A stretch of DNA of 44,031 bases. Origin: an uncultured Corynebacterium sp. (GTDB lineage: Bacteria > Actinomycetota > Actinomycetes > Mycobacteriales > Mycobacteriaceae). The position numbers and the translations under genes are program-made. Location: contig CAUVMZ010000001.1 of assembly GCA_963552855.1 (NCBI GenBank), positions 1 to 44,031 on the forward strand, written 5' to 3'. Below are positions 1-8,654 of the stretch, one piece after another; the first letter of the stretch is position 1; each line of letters opens with the position of its first letter. Under the pieces are notes generated by a model, which worked only from the letters and a program-made list of their open reading frames with translations, was not told the origin of the DNA and ran no database searches.

Positions 1-224
1 GATTCCAGCATGTATCCGCTCATTCCGTCGTAGTCGGCTGTATTCCGCGACGGTCGCGAGGCTGCGCGGCCCCGAATGTCAGCCAGCGCCTGCCCGCTTC
101 CATCGGAGTTGCACCGGGGCGGGTAACGTTTTTTGTCAGGGTCGCTGCCCTGGTGTTTCTTGCCCTGTCAGCCCATTCAGGCTCAGTTCCCTATAGCGCG
201 GGGGCGGCGCAAAAACTCCTTTCC

Positions 225-1088
225 TTACCTGCCTGTGTCTGTTTCCATCGGTGAGCGGAGAATCTTTTCAACAGCGAAAATCCCTGCCTCCTGATGCAAG
301 TCGTTAAAGTCGCATCCCTCTTTCGGCGGCATCACCCACGGCAGGCCAGTGGTTTTGGCAGCGGCCATCCCTGCCTGGGATGCATCGTTGTCGGCACAGA
401 CAACGCCGCGCCTCAACTGGGCAGCGACCACGGGGATGTTTCCGGCGGAGAAACACACGATCACCGAGAACTTCCGGTACATGTTGCGCAGCGCCTGCGC
501 GATGGACAGTCCCGTCGCGTAGCCTTCGCAGTAGTAAATCTCTCCAGCGTTTTTCGGGTTCGCGCCAAGGCAGAAGATCGCGCCCTTTGCGCGGCCGCCA
601 TGCAGGAACTTTTTGCTGAAGGTGCGCGTTTCCGGATCAAACCGGATGCGCTGATAGGATTGAATCTGGAACGTCTTCACGTTCCGCATGGGGATAATTA
701 GGTCATCACCGTCAAGAAGCCCGTATTCGCCCGGGAAGCCTTTTTGTGCGAGATAGGGGTGCGTACCTGTCTTGCACCGTAAAATCGTTTCCTGCGCGTT
801 TTTTGCGGCCTGCGCAGCCATTTTCTCGACAAGTGCCTGTTCCCGTGCGCGCAGGCGCGCAATCTCAGTGCGTGCGGCGGCATCGGACTCCTTGCTCGCC
901 GTCCCGTCATGCCAGACGACGGACAGGCCGCTCGACCAGTCACCGTAAATGCCCAGCGCCGGCGTAATCAGTTTTGCCCAGCCCGCCGTATTGCCACGTC
1001 CCTTATCCACACCAGGGAAGCGGACAAAGCGCCCCATGGGAAGATGTGACGGCGGACTCATCCCGGCCGCGCGGATCGCGTCGATCAT
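225..1088 (-). CDS. TOPRIM-domain DNA primase (phage/plasmid TraC/P4-alpha-like primase core)
   Basis: HPYLAQKG, LIIPMRN, YYCEGYATGLSI and VCADND motifs. Start moved to ATG 1088, which overlaps the helicase stop (ATGA) and follows a GAGGAG RBS. Confidence 0.85.
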   Translation of the reverse strand: MIDAIRAAGMSPPSHLPMGRFVRFPGVDKGRGNTAGWAKLITPALGIYGDWSSGLSVVWHDGTASKESDAAARTEIARLRAREQALVEKMAAQAAKNAQETILRCKTGTHPYLAQKGFPGEYGLLDGDDLIIPMRNVKTFQIQSYQRIRFDPETRTFSKKFLHGGRAKGAIFCLGANPKNAGEIYYCEGYATGLSIAQALRNMYRKFSVIVCFSAGNIPVVAAQLRRGVVCADNDASQAGMAAAKTTGLPWVMPPKEGCDFNDLHQEAGIFAVEKILRSPMETDTGR

Positions 1089-3649
1089 GCCGCTCTCCTC
1101 AGGCTGAACGCGATGCAGCGCGATTTGATGTATTTGCGCACCTCCGGCGTCGGCATGATCGGCTCGACGTTGCGCATGGCGCGATACGGCCATTCGCCGT
1201 AAATGCTCCGGTACTGGGCAAGGGCGAATTTCTCCGCCTTCTTGATGTCGTCCGGGCTGGCCTTGCCGAAACCCAGATAATCAGGCGCTTTGCGGATCAG
1301 CGCTTCGCCGATGATCATCCGCCATGCTGAATCCTTATCCGCCATCCATCCGTGCCGGGCTTTGCCTTTTGTTTTGGTGTGAAGCTCGACCATCTCGCCC
1401 GCGACGTTCTCGATGCCGGATTGCTTGCGCGGCATTTCAAAACCGCAGGACAGGCAGGTATATTGTTTCGGCGGCATGTACTGTTTGCAGCGCGGGCAGG
1501 TGCGCAGTTCACGCTCGCGCGCCGTCGGCTCTTTACGCACACGCTGATCCAGATTTTTGCTGTCAAACCCTGACAGGCCGTTCTGGAATACGTCCTCCAT
1601 GTCCTCATGGAAGCGGAGCACATTGCCGGCATGGTCGAGCCAGATGGCATACTCCTTATCCGGATGGATACGCATCACGCGGCCGATCTGCTGGATGTGC
1701 GTGGACAGCGATTTGCGCAACGGGCGCGCGCCGATGCCGCACAGTACATCCGGGCAATTCCCGATAACCGCAATTTTTCCGCGCCGACGCACAATCAGGG
1801 TTGAAAGCCGATTTTTTACACACCAAACAAGTTCATCGGAACGCGGGTCTTCAAAATTAAACTTTGCCGCAAGCGCGGATGCGCTGGTTGCGATCCATTG
1901 AGCGTCGCGCACAGATACGACGTACATCGTCTTGCCGGCCTTTGTGACCTGCTCCGAGTAGGAAGCCGAGAAGCCCCGCAATACGGCTAGCTGGGTATAC
2001 GCATCCGCCTGCTCTTTCCGGTCACACCAAAGCCAGCCTGCTCTTTTGCCCTGTCTGGTGCCATCACCTTTCAGCAGCTCTTCCCAGAAGACTCGGAACT
2101 GCTCACGAGTCATTTGCATCAAGGCTGGGGCTACGTTTTTGTCTAGGTATCGTTCGTACTTCGCCCAACCATTGCGGGCAAGAACTCCGCTGTGAGTGCC
2201 CTTTGGTATCTCAAACTCAATAGCCGATTTAGTTCCAGCAAAGCCATTCGGTTGCTTAATACGTTCGCGAAAATCAAGACCAAGACGAACCAATAAGTCT
2301 CGAATCTCTTCCTTGAATGGCTTGGACTGACAGATACTCAATCCTGAGCGCACAAACCCGCCATCCGTCATGAACCACGCAATTAAGCGCAGCTCGTCGT
2401 CACTCAACGGAACGCCCGGGAAATCAGCAAAGCCTGACAGCGGCAACCCCCATGCGCTGCGCCGACATGTCATTTCGGCACCTGTCTTCGTTAACCAGCC
2501 CTGATGATTGAAGCCTCGCTTAGGGTCGCGGTACTTGATGTGGAATTGATGGCCTTCTGTCGTTCGGATGTTAAAGCGCTGACTCTTGACGGTCACCATC
2601 CGCTCTCCCGGGCGCAGCGGTCGCTCGCCATAACCCTCACACTCGCATTCCTCTATACGCCCAGTTGATCGGTCATACCCATAGATGCGATCCCCCTGAG
2701 TTACAGCGCCGATGCCTTTCCAGCCGTTTGGAGTGAGGATTTCCGTCTCCGTGTCTAAGCAATCGAAGCCCTTGGCAAGTGCGTCGCACGAGATCAGACC
2801 GATAATGTCGGAGTCTGGCTTGCGAAACTCTTCAATCAAGGCGCGCCGACCGTCATCGTTGCCGTCCCGGTAAGAGACGACGCGGAAGTTGTAGCCGGCC
2901 TGCTGGAAGGCGGCGGCAATTTCCTCACAGTGGGCAACCGTTGCGCCGAAGGCGATGGTTTTTACCGGGCGTCCGAAATGCTGACGGGTTTTTTCCACCC
3001 AGGTCGCCACAATATCGCCAACGATCCGGATGCCGCGCGACTCGACCTCGCTGTCCGCCCATTCTCCGGCCACCGTTTTTGCGCCCGTCATGTCGATTTC
3101 TTTGGCGACGTAGTAACGCACCGGCGCGAGGAACCCCTCTTCGACCAGACGGTTCGTCGTTGTGACATTGACCAGGTTCTGGAATACCTTGCCCAGCCCT
3201 TTTGTGAATGGTGTGGCCGATAACCCAACGACACGCAGGTCGGGATTGCCGAGCACATAGTTAATCGTCGATTTGTGGATCGTGTGCGCCTCATCGATCA
3301 CCAAAAGATCAATGTCTTCCGGGAATCCGCGACGCGAGAGCGTTTGTACGGAGGCCACCTGAATGTATTCATACGGCCGATAGCGCCAGTGATTGGCCTG
3401 GATCACGCCGTGCGCAATCCCATATTCGTCGAACACGCGCGAAGTCTGATCGACGAGCGAGACGCGATCGACCAGAAAGACGGCGCGGCGTTTCTTGCTT
3501 GACGCTGATTCCATCAATTGCGCCGCGCAGACCGTTTTCCCCGCGCCCGTCGCCGCCATGAGCAGTTGCCTGTTCAGGCCGGCGCGGATGCCATCGCGCA
3601 ACGCATCGAGGCTGCGCGCCTGGTAGTCGCGGAGTTGGATCGCGTTCAT
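1085..3649 (-). CDS. SF2 DEAD/DEAH-box helicase (RadD/YejH-like, C-terminal Zn ribbon) interrupted by an intein
   Basis: LRDYQ Q-motif, ATGAGKT, DEAH, SAT, QQIGRVMR, CPRC..CLSC. Start at 3649 by ATGA overlap with the upstream gene. Confidence 0.93.
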   Translation of the reverse strand: MNAIQLRDYQARSLDALRDGIRAGLNRQLLMAATGAGKTVCAAQLMESASSKKRRAVFLVDRVSLVDQTSRVFDEYGIAHGVIQANHWRYRPYEYIQVASVQTLSRRGFPEDIDLLVIDEAHTIHKSTINYVLGNPDLRVVGLSATPFTKGLGKVFQNLVNVTTTNRLVEEGFLAPVRYYVAKEIDMTGAKTVAGEWADSEVESRGIRIVGDIVATWVEKTRQHFGRPVKTIAFGATVAHCEEIAAAFQQAGYNFRVVSYRDGNDDGRRALIEEFRKPDSDIIGLISCDALAKGFDCLDTETEILTPNGWKGIGAVTQGDRIYGYDRSTGRIEECECEGYGERPLRPGERMVTVKSQRFNIRTTEGHQFHIKYRDPKRGFNHQGWLTKTGAEMTCRRSAWGLPLSGFADFPGVPLSDDELRLIAWFMTDGGFVRSGLSICQSKPFKEEIRDLLVRLGLDFRERIKQPNGFAGTKSAIEFEIPKGTHSGVLARNGWAKYERYLDKNVAPALMQMTREQFRVFWEELLKGDGTRQGKRAGWLWCDRKEQADAYTQLAVLRGFSASYSEQVTKAGKTMYVVSVRDAQWIATSASALAAKFNFEDPRSDELVWCVKNRLSTLIVRRRGKIAVIGNCPDVLCGIGARPLRKSLSTHIQQIGRVMRIHPDKEYAIWLDHAGNVLRFHEDMEDVFQNGLSGFDSKNLDQRVRKEPTARERELRTCPRCKQYMPPKQYTCLSCGFEMPRKQSGIENVAGEMVELHTKTKGKARHGWMADKDSAWRMIIGEALIRKAPDYLGFGKASPDDIKKAEKFALAQYRSIYGEWPYRAMRNVEPIMPTPEVRKYIKSRCIAFSLRRAA
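1757..2761 (-). mobile_element. Intein with LAGLIDADG homing endonuclease (335 aa)
   Basis: KGFD|CLDTETEILTPNGW (block A), IRTTEGHQF (block B), LIAWFMTDGG and LLKGDG (endonuclease motifs), VWCV..IVRRRGKIAVIGN|C (blocks F/G). Removal restores helicase motif GFDCPDV. Confidence 0.92.
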
Positions 3650-4569
3650 CTGGGTGCCGTCCATCCCAGACGTTTGGCTTCGGATTTCCACCACGCCGAC
3701 TGGCGGATGGCTTCGTTACGTTCCGTCGTGATGGTATTCAGACGGCATTTGAGCGTGTCGATCTCGACCCGCAGACGCTTAATCAGCTTTTCGTGTTCGC
3801 CTTCCTCCACCGCCGTATAGGCTTCAAGGCTGTATGCCAAATCCTTTTCACGCTCGACCGCCTCTTCATATTGCTTTTTCAGTTCGGCATATTTTTCGGC
3901 GGGAACCATTTCCGGCTTTGCCGCCTTTGTCTTGGCTGCCGCAAGCTGTTCTTCCTTGGGTCTATCCAGTACGCTGGCCGCCTTGCCGATAGACACGTCG
4001 CCGGCCTTCACAGCCTCAATCAGCGCGTCCGATCCTTTTTCTGAAATCCCTTTGATTCTGGATGCCGCACCATGGGAAAGATCAAAGTCTTTGGCTATCT
4101 CCCGGACAGAGGGTGTCCCAATTGGGACACTTTGGAATTCTCCGGTGGGGGTGTCCTTGTGGGAACATTTGTTATGTGTACCAATTGGTACACTGTCGCT
4201 CGGCGTACCAATTGGTACACCAGATTTATCCTCATCAGGTGTACACATTGGTACACCCTGTTTATCCATCTGCCGCTTGGTCAGATAGATGATGGCCTTC
4301 TGCTCGTTGGTGAGCGAGCGCCGGTGCATGTTCTCGTCAAGGACGAACTGCCAGGCTTCGGAATCGTCCCCTGTAAATTCTTTGGTCGGGCAATTAACGC
4401 CAAGGCGGGATGCGGCGCTGTAGCGGTTCCAGCCGTCGAGAATTGCGCCTTGATACAGGGTAATGGGATTGCGAACGCCGTTGGCCTGAATTGAGTTCTC
4501 CAGCGCGGTGAGTTCTTCGCCCGACAGGTCAAACGGCTTGAACAGCGCTGAGTATGGGTGCCGGTTCAT
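3646..4569 (-). CDS. ParB/Srx N-terminal domain protein with HTH and C-terminal coiled coil; probable replication/origin-binding protein
   Basis: SIQANGVRNPI..ILDGWNRY..ENMHRRSL (ParB-N); SVREIAKDFDLSHGAASRI (HTH); lies directly upstream of helicase and primase. Confidence 0.75.
   Translation of the reverse strand: MNRHPYSALFKPFDLSGEELTALENSIQANGVRNPITLYQGAILDGWNRYSAASRLGVNCPTKEFTGDDSEAWQFVLDENMHRRSLTNEQKAIIYLTKRQMDKQGVPMCTPDEDKSGVPIGTPSDSVPIGTHNKCSHKDTPTGEFQSVPIGTPSVREIAKDFDLSHGAASRIKGISEKGSDALIEAVKAGDVSIGKAASVLDRPKEEQLAAAKTKAAKPEMVPAEKYAELKKQYEEAVEREKDLAYSLEAYTAVEEGEHEKLIKRLRVEIDTLKCRLNTITTERNEAIRQSAWWKSEAKRLGWTAPR
4113..4256. repeat. Five 18-bp palindromic iteron/parS-like repeats (consensus GTGTACCAATTGGTACAC); putative phage origin
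   Basis: Copies start at 4113 (perfect palindrome), 4151 (degenerate), 4176 (perfect), 4203 and 4239. Confidence 0.8.
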
Positions 4570-4676
4570 TTTTCATCCTCGCCTTTTTGCATCTCGTCAT
4601 AAGTGCCGGCCATGACCCATCCGGCAATGACGGCGAGGACGCCAACGATGGCTATCATCAGGTCAAGCGCGTTCAT
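4566..4676 (-). CDS. Small single-TM hypothetical protein (36 aa)
   Basis: GGAGG RBS at 4681-4685; hydrophobic segment; ATGA overlap with the ParB-like gene. Confidence 0.55.
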   Translation of the reverse strand: MNALDLMIAIVGVLAVIAGWVMAGTYDEMQKGEDEK

Positions 4677-4767
4677 GATTCCTCCATGTTCTATGTGTGT
4701 TGGGGAGAGCCTCTGCCCCCGCGTAGAATCCACGCGCCACCATTTCAACCACACGGAGGAGAGACTC

Positions 4768-5175
4768 ATGGAAACGGCCTTGATCGGGCTTTGCGGCGCA
4801 ATCATTGGCGGCATCGTCGCTTTGCTTGGGATAAAGCAGCGATGGGAAGAAATTGCCGAGAACTCGGCGCAACAGGCCAGAGATAGAAAATTCAGGCTTG
4901 CTTACGATGCGGCTTTCACTGACTGGCGGGAAAGGCTTGACATCGAGAAACGGCGTACTTTCGACGAAAGAGATCGATGGGGGGCGTACAAGCTCGCCAT
5001 CCCTCCGCTGATGAATTCCATCGCCTACTACCTTGTAATGGTCGAGGAATTTGACAAAGCCATGACTGAGGGTCGTCTTGACGAGAAAGCCGTTACGGAC
5101 GCGCTTGGCTCGGCACGACGTGCCCTTGATGCTGCGGACAAGATGACCAGGAAAACCGCGAGTGACGGGTTCTAG
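4768..5175 (+). CDS. Hypothetical protein with N-terminal TM anchor, counter-oriented in the PR operon
   Basis: GGAGGAG RBS; METALIGLCGAIIGGIVALLG; upstream TAGAAT -10 at 4724-4729. Confidence 0.7.
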   Translation: METALIGLCGAIIGGIVALLGIKQRWEEIAENSAQQARDRKFRLAYDAAFTDWRERLDIEKRRTFDERDRWGAYKLAIPPLMNSIAYYLVMVEEFDKAMTEGRLDEKAVTDALGSARRALDAADKMTRKTASDGF

Positions 5176-5408
5176 AGAAAAGCCACCACGAACGACGCGA
5201 ACGCGCCAGTCAATAGACAGGTTTTGCGGGCGGCTCTTCCCCCCCTCAAGGATTATAGGGACGTCCGGACGGAATCGTTCTTCTGGGGTCATCCCGCCAA
5301 CCATTTCGCCCGGGCTACGCATACCACTCACCCAAAAAGATGGCCGCTCCACGGGCGTAGAATGGAAACTCTTGCCGGAAAACCATTCCCGTGTCCGAGG
5401 AGCGACCA

Positions 5409-5855
5409 ATGGACTTATCAACCGCATATACCGCCATGTCTTCGGCGGTCGATTTCGTGAAAACTGCCATACAAGCGCGAGACGAAGCCAGAATCAACGA
5501 GGCTCTCGCCGAAATCCAGCAAAAGAGAGTGGACTTATCCATGGCGGCGATTGAGCTCATTGAGAAGAGCTGCGCTCTGGCAATTGCGAATAGCGAGCTG
5601 GCGAACAAAGTGGCAGAACTTGAGCGAAAACTTGATGAGCGTACGCATTACGCGCTCTTCGAAGTGGCTCCGGGGCGGTTTGTTTATCGTTTCGTTCCGG
5701 ACGAGGGTGATAGCAATCCAGAACACTGCGTCTGCCAGCTTTGCTACGACAAAGGAATAAAATCGGTACTGCGCTTTTACGCGACAAAGGACGGCCGCTC
5801 GAAGCGCTACGCTTGCGCTGCGTGTGAAAGCGGCGCGCACGATGTCCATGCGTGA
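5409..5855 (+). CDS. Hypothetical coiled-coil plus Zn-ribbon phage protein, counter-oriented
   Basis: GAGGAG RBS; CQLCYDKGIKSVL and CAAC motifs; upstream TAGAAT at 5358-5363. Confidence 0.7.
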   Translation: MDLSTAYTAMSSAVDFVKTAIQARDEARINEALAEIQQKRVDLSMAAIELIEKSCALAIANSELANKVAELERKLDERTHYALFEVAPGRFVYRFVPDEGDSNPEHCVCQLCYDKGIKSVLRFYATKDGRSKRYACAACESGAHDVHA

Positions 5856-5894
5856 TCTACGCATCTTTACCCCTATTTACGAAAGGAGCGCGAC

Positions 5895-6191
5895 ATGCAT
5901 TCCGTACTTTTTGTACTAGAGAAACCAAAAGGGACCGACTCACGCCAAACCAGTGCTTGGCAAAACGCAAAAGGTCAAGTGCGACATCTATGCAAGAGCC
6001 ACGCAGGAGCGACGCTTCATACCGAAGGATGTGTGGAACTCTCCCTGCTCTCTGCGCAGAGCGCTTCAGCCCAGCAAGCGTCCGCGGATGGATTAGCGTT
6101 ACTGGCTGATCTGGTTCATCTTGCGGCCTCCGAAGAACTTCCCTACCGGGTTCTGTTCTTCCAGGAACCGCCTCAGTGGGTGACCGGCTAA
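5895..6191 (+). CDS. Hypothetical protein
   Basis: AAGGAG RBS; 98-aa ORF convergent with cro. Confidence 0.55.
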   Translation: MHSVLFVLEKPKGTDSRQTSAWQNAKGQVRHLCKSHAGATLHTEGCVELSLLSAQSASAQQASADGLALLADLVHLAASEELPYRVLFFQEPPQWVTG

Positions 6192-6424
6192 GCATCCCTG
6201 CGCTCCTTGGCCGTGCCGCGCAGATAGCCCCAATCGACATCGGGACGCAGTTCCTCGCAGGTGACGAGGCCGCCGGTGGCTTTCTCAATGGCCGGACAGC
6301 GAGCGGCGGGAACCTGCCTATGTTTGTTTTGCCACTGCGAAACAACAACCGGGCTTACGCCGAGCAAGCGTGACAGCAAAATGGCTGATCCTCTACGCAG
6401 ATTTGCATATTCACTTAGCATCAT
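6188..6424 (-). CDS. cro: Cro-like (YdaS-family) HTH regulator
   Basis: LLGVSPVVVSQW HTH; RCPAIEKATGGLVTCEELRPDVDW signature; divergent from cI. Confidence 0.88.
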   Translation of the reverse strand: MMLSEYANLRRGSAILLSRLLGVSPVVVSQWQNKHRQVPAARCPAIEKATGGLVTCEELRPDVDWGYLRGTAKERRDA

Positions 6425-6431
6425 GCCAAGC

Positions 6432-6497
6432 ATGATAGCGTAACGCAAATACTATGTCAATAACGCTACGCTAATATACAAATTTAACCATTTGCTA
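6432..6497. promoter_or_regulatory. PR promoter (minus strand TTGACA-17-TATCAT) and OR operators
   Basis: -35 at 6460-6455 and -10 at 6437-6432. 13-bp sites TAGCGTAACGCAA (6436), TAACGCTACGCTA (6461) and weak TAACCATTTGCTA (6485) are spaced 24-25 bp; the same motif occurs at PL. Confidence 0.8.
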
Positions 6498-6510
6498 TTT
6501 AATTAAGCGT

Positions 6511-7227
6511 ATGAAAACAGTTGATGAAATTCGCCGGGACAACTTAAAAATTCTTGAGCAAGAAGCTGGGTCGCCTTCAGAAATGGCGCGGCGCGTAGAG
6601 ATGAGCTATTCCCAATATGTCAATCTACGTGACGGCGCGGCGGACTCAAAAACAGGGAAATCAAGAGGAATGCGCACAGAAACTGCGCGCAGATTTGAGG
6701 TGTCATGTGGAAAACCGAAAGGATGGCTGGATGTCCACCATAGCGACGTTGCTTCTTCTGTTTACAGCGGAGCTGAGATAGAAAAAACGCCGCTGGTATC
6801 GCCCGGAGATTCCCGCCTGCCCATCAAGCGGGCGCTGTTCAAGCTTTCTGCCGGGGTGTCTGGCTATGAAATCGAGTATGAAAACGGCGAAAGCGACCCG
6901 ATCTTTATGTCGCACAACTGGTTTAAAAAAAACAATTTTCGCCCGGGCAAGCTGATCGCCATCAGTGTGCAAGGGCGCAGCATGGAGCCAAAGATGTATG
7001 ACGGCGATCTGGTCATCGTCAATACAGAGAGCACCACACCTAAAGACGGCGTTGTATTTGCAATCAACTACGAAGGGGAAATGGTCATCAAGCGCATGAA
7101 ACGGGACTCCGGAAAATGGTTTCTTGCCTCTGACAATCCAGACAAAGTGCGTTTCGGTGACAAGCAATGCACAGAAGACTGTTTCTTGTTGGGCGAAGTT
7201 GTCTATCTGCAAACGGAAACGATATAG
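6511..7227 (+). CDS. cI: CI-like repressor with S24 (LexA-type) autopeptidase domain
   Basis: N-terminal HTH; LSAG cleavage site; VQGRSMEP and VIKR catalytic motifs. Confidence 0.93.
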   Translation: MKTVDEIRRDNLKILEQEAGSPSEMARRVEMSYSQYVNLRDGAADSKTGKSRGMRTETARRFEVSCGKPKGWLDVHHSDVASSVYSGAEIEKTPLVSPGDSRLPIKRALFKLSAGVSGYEIEYENGESDPIFMSHNWFKKNNFRPGKLIAISVQGRSMEPKMYDGDLVIVNTESTTPKDGVVFAINYEGEMVIKRMKRDSGKWFLASDNPDKVRFGDKQCTEDCFLLGEVVYLQTETI

Positions 7228-7250
7228 CCGTAATATTATGGGAGGCAAAA

Positions 7251-8615
7251 GTGAGTCGCGCGAAAGAAAAGCCGGTGCAGGAGTACAAGGACGTGGTTGT
7301 TCCGTTCAATAGGCTGCACTTTGATCCCAGAAATCCGCGTAGCGAACCTGAGCCGGACGAAGAGAAGATACGGGCGCTGTTCGGCGCCCAGCCAGAAACA
7401 CTTACCTTAGCTACGCATATAGCAGAAAATGGGCAAAATCCGCTAGATCGTATTGGCATCATTGAGCACCCAAGACTCACCGGGCACTTTATCATTCGCG
7501 AAGGTAATCGGCGTCTCTGTGCAATGCAATTGCTTCGTGACCCGGATCGTGCGCCAACAGACGCAACCCGCAAGGCGTTCCAGAAAATAGCAGATGAAGG
7601 GCGCCTTGTTCCAGACGAGATACCGGCAGTCTTGTTCCATGAGGGACATAAAGCACGCATTTGGATGTCGGTGAAACACGAGGGGCCACAAGGCGGATTA
7701 GGGACGGTTTCTTGGGGAGCAAAGGAGAAAACCCGATTTAATAGAGAAGGTGAAACGGGAAAGACGCGCCCCAAAAATCCAAATCGGCAAGCTGAAGCCC
7801 TGCTGACGTATGCTGTCAAGGAAGGGATAATCACTCCGGGAGAACGCGAACTGATAGCGCTCACGACCGTTACCCGCTACCTGCCGAACGTCCGCACGGC
7901 GCTTGCTCTATTGAATACCGAGGACTGTACAACCAATGCGCGTCTCGCCGAATTCAACGCAGTGCTACAGCACTTCCTGAATGACGCGAAAGAAACGAAC
8001 GTCCCTGGTACGAAGGCAAAAGTCCATTCCCGATCTTCATCGTCGGAGCGCAAGGCGTATGCGGAAACGCTTCGCAGTTTAGGCGTTTCGCCGGTTAATC
8101 GGGACCAGACGCCATACGATCCGTCAAAAGTTTCTCCCACTACTAAGGCGGCAGAAAAAAGCGACAGATTGAAGAGTGCAACACATCCGAGTAAACGGAA
8201 GCAACTGATTCCCAGTTCCTTCGTCGTCCCTGTCAAGGACAACGTACTGTTACGGCTCGTCAGAGAAGGAAAGGAACAGCATCCTGACGAAGCGCTTTTC
8301 AGTTGCAACTACCTTAACCGCGTGATCCTGGAGCGAATTGTTTACCTGTATGCAACCAAGCATGGTATTGGACGGGACGGTCACTTTGCCGATGTCGTAC
8401 AGCGCGTAATCGTTCACATCAATAAATCGGAAAATCCGCCATCAAAAAACATCGCAAACACGCTAACCAATACATCGGGAAAGCAATTTTCATATTCATA
8501 CGAGTTAATGAGCAACCCCGTGCACGGCGGCTCTATTCCGTCAGGCGCAGACAATCGAAGCAACTGGGAGACACTGCAGCCAGCCTTGGAGTATCTACTG
8601 GCCAGATTAAAATAA
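7251..8615 (+). CDS. ParB/Srx-fold N-terminal protein with helical HEPN-like C-terminus; candidate defence effector
   Basis: LHFDPRNPR and IIREGNRRLCAMQLL (ParB-like); C-terminal NRVILE...MSNPVH...W. GTG start at 7251 follows a GGAGG RBS. Confidence 0.65.
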   Translation: MSRAKEKPVQEYKDVVVPFNRLHFDPRNPRSEPEPDEEKIRALFGAQPETLTLATHIAENGQNPLDRIGIIEHPRLTGHFIIREGNRRLCAMQLLRDPDRAPTDATRKAFQKIADEGRLVPDEIPAVLFHEGHKARIWMSVKHEGPQGGLGTVSWGAKEKTRFNREGETGKTRPKNPNRQAEALLTYAVKEGIITPGERELIALTTVTRYLPNVRTALALLNTEDCTTNARLAEFNAVLQHFLNDAKETNVPGTKAKVHSRSSSSERKAYAETLRSLGVSPVNRDQTPYDPSKVSPTTKAAEKSDRLKSATHPSKRKQLIPSSFVVPVKDNVLLRLVREGKEQHPDEALFSCNYLNRVILERIVYLYATKHGIGRDGHFADVVQRVIVHINKSENPPSKNIANTLTNTSGKQFSYSYELMSNPVHGGSIPSGADNRSNWETLQPALEYLLARLK

Positions 8616-8654
8616 TTCTGGCCAGATGACAAATTTTCAGTTATTGTATCGGCT

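Noticed and set aside
3737..3748. Neisserial DNA uptake sequence (ATGCCGTCTGAA, minus strand)
   Set aside because: Only one copy noticed in 44 kb, inside a CDS; not enough to infer a Neisseria host.
4113..4256. Mini-CRISPR array
   Set aside because: Gaps between palindromes are only 7-20 bp and irregular, and the array lies within a coding frame; iteron/parS-like sites fit better.
4663..5427. 254-aa minus-strand ORF
   Set aside because: Overlaps RBS-supported plus-strand genes and both hairpin modules; no recognisable motifs, though a shorter product from ATG 5292 cannot be excluded.
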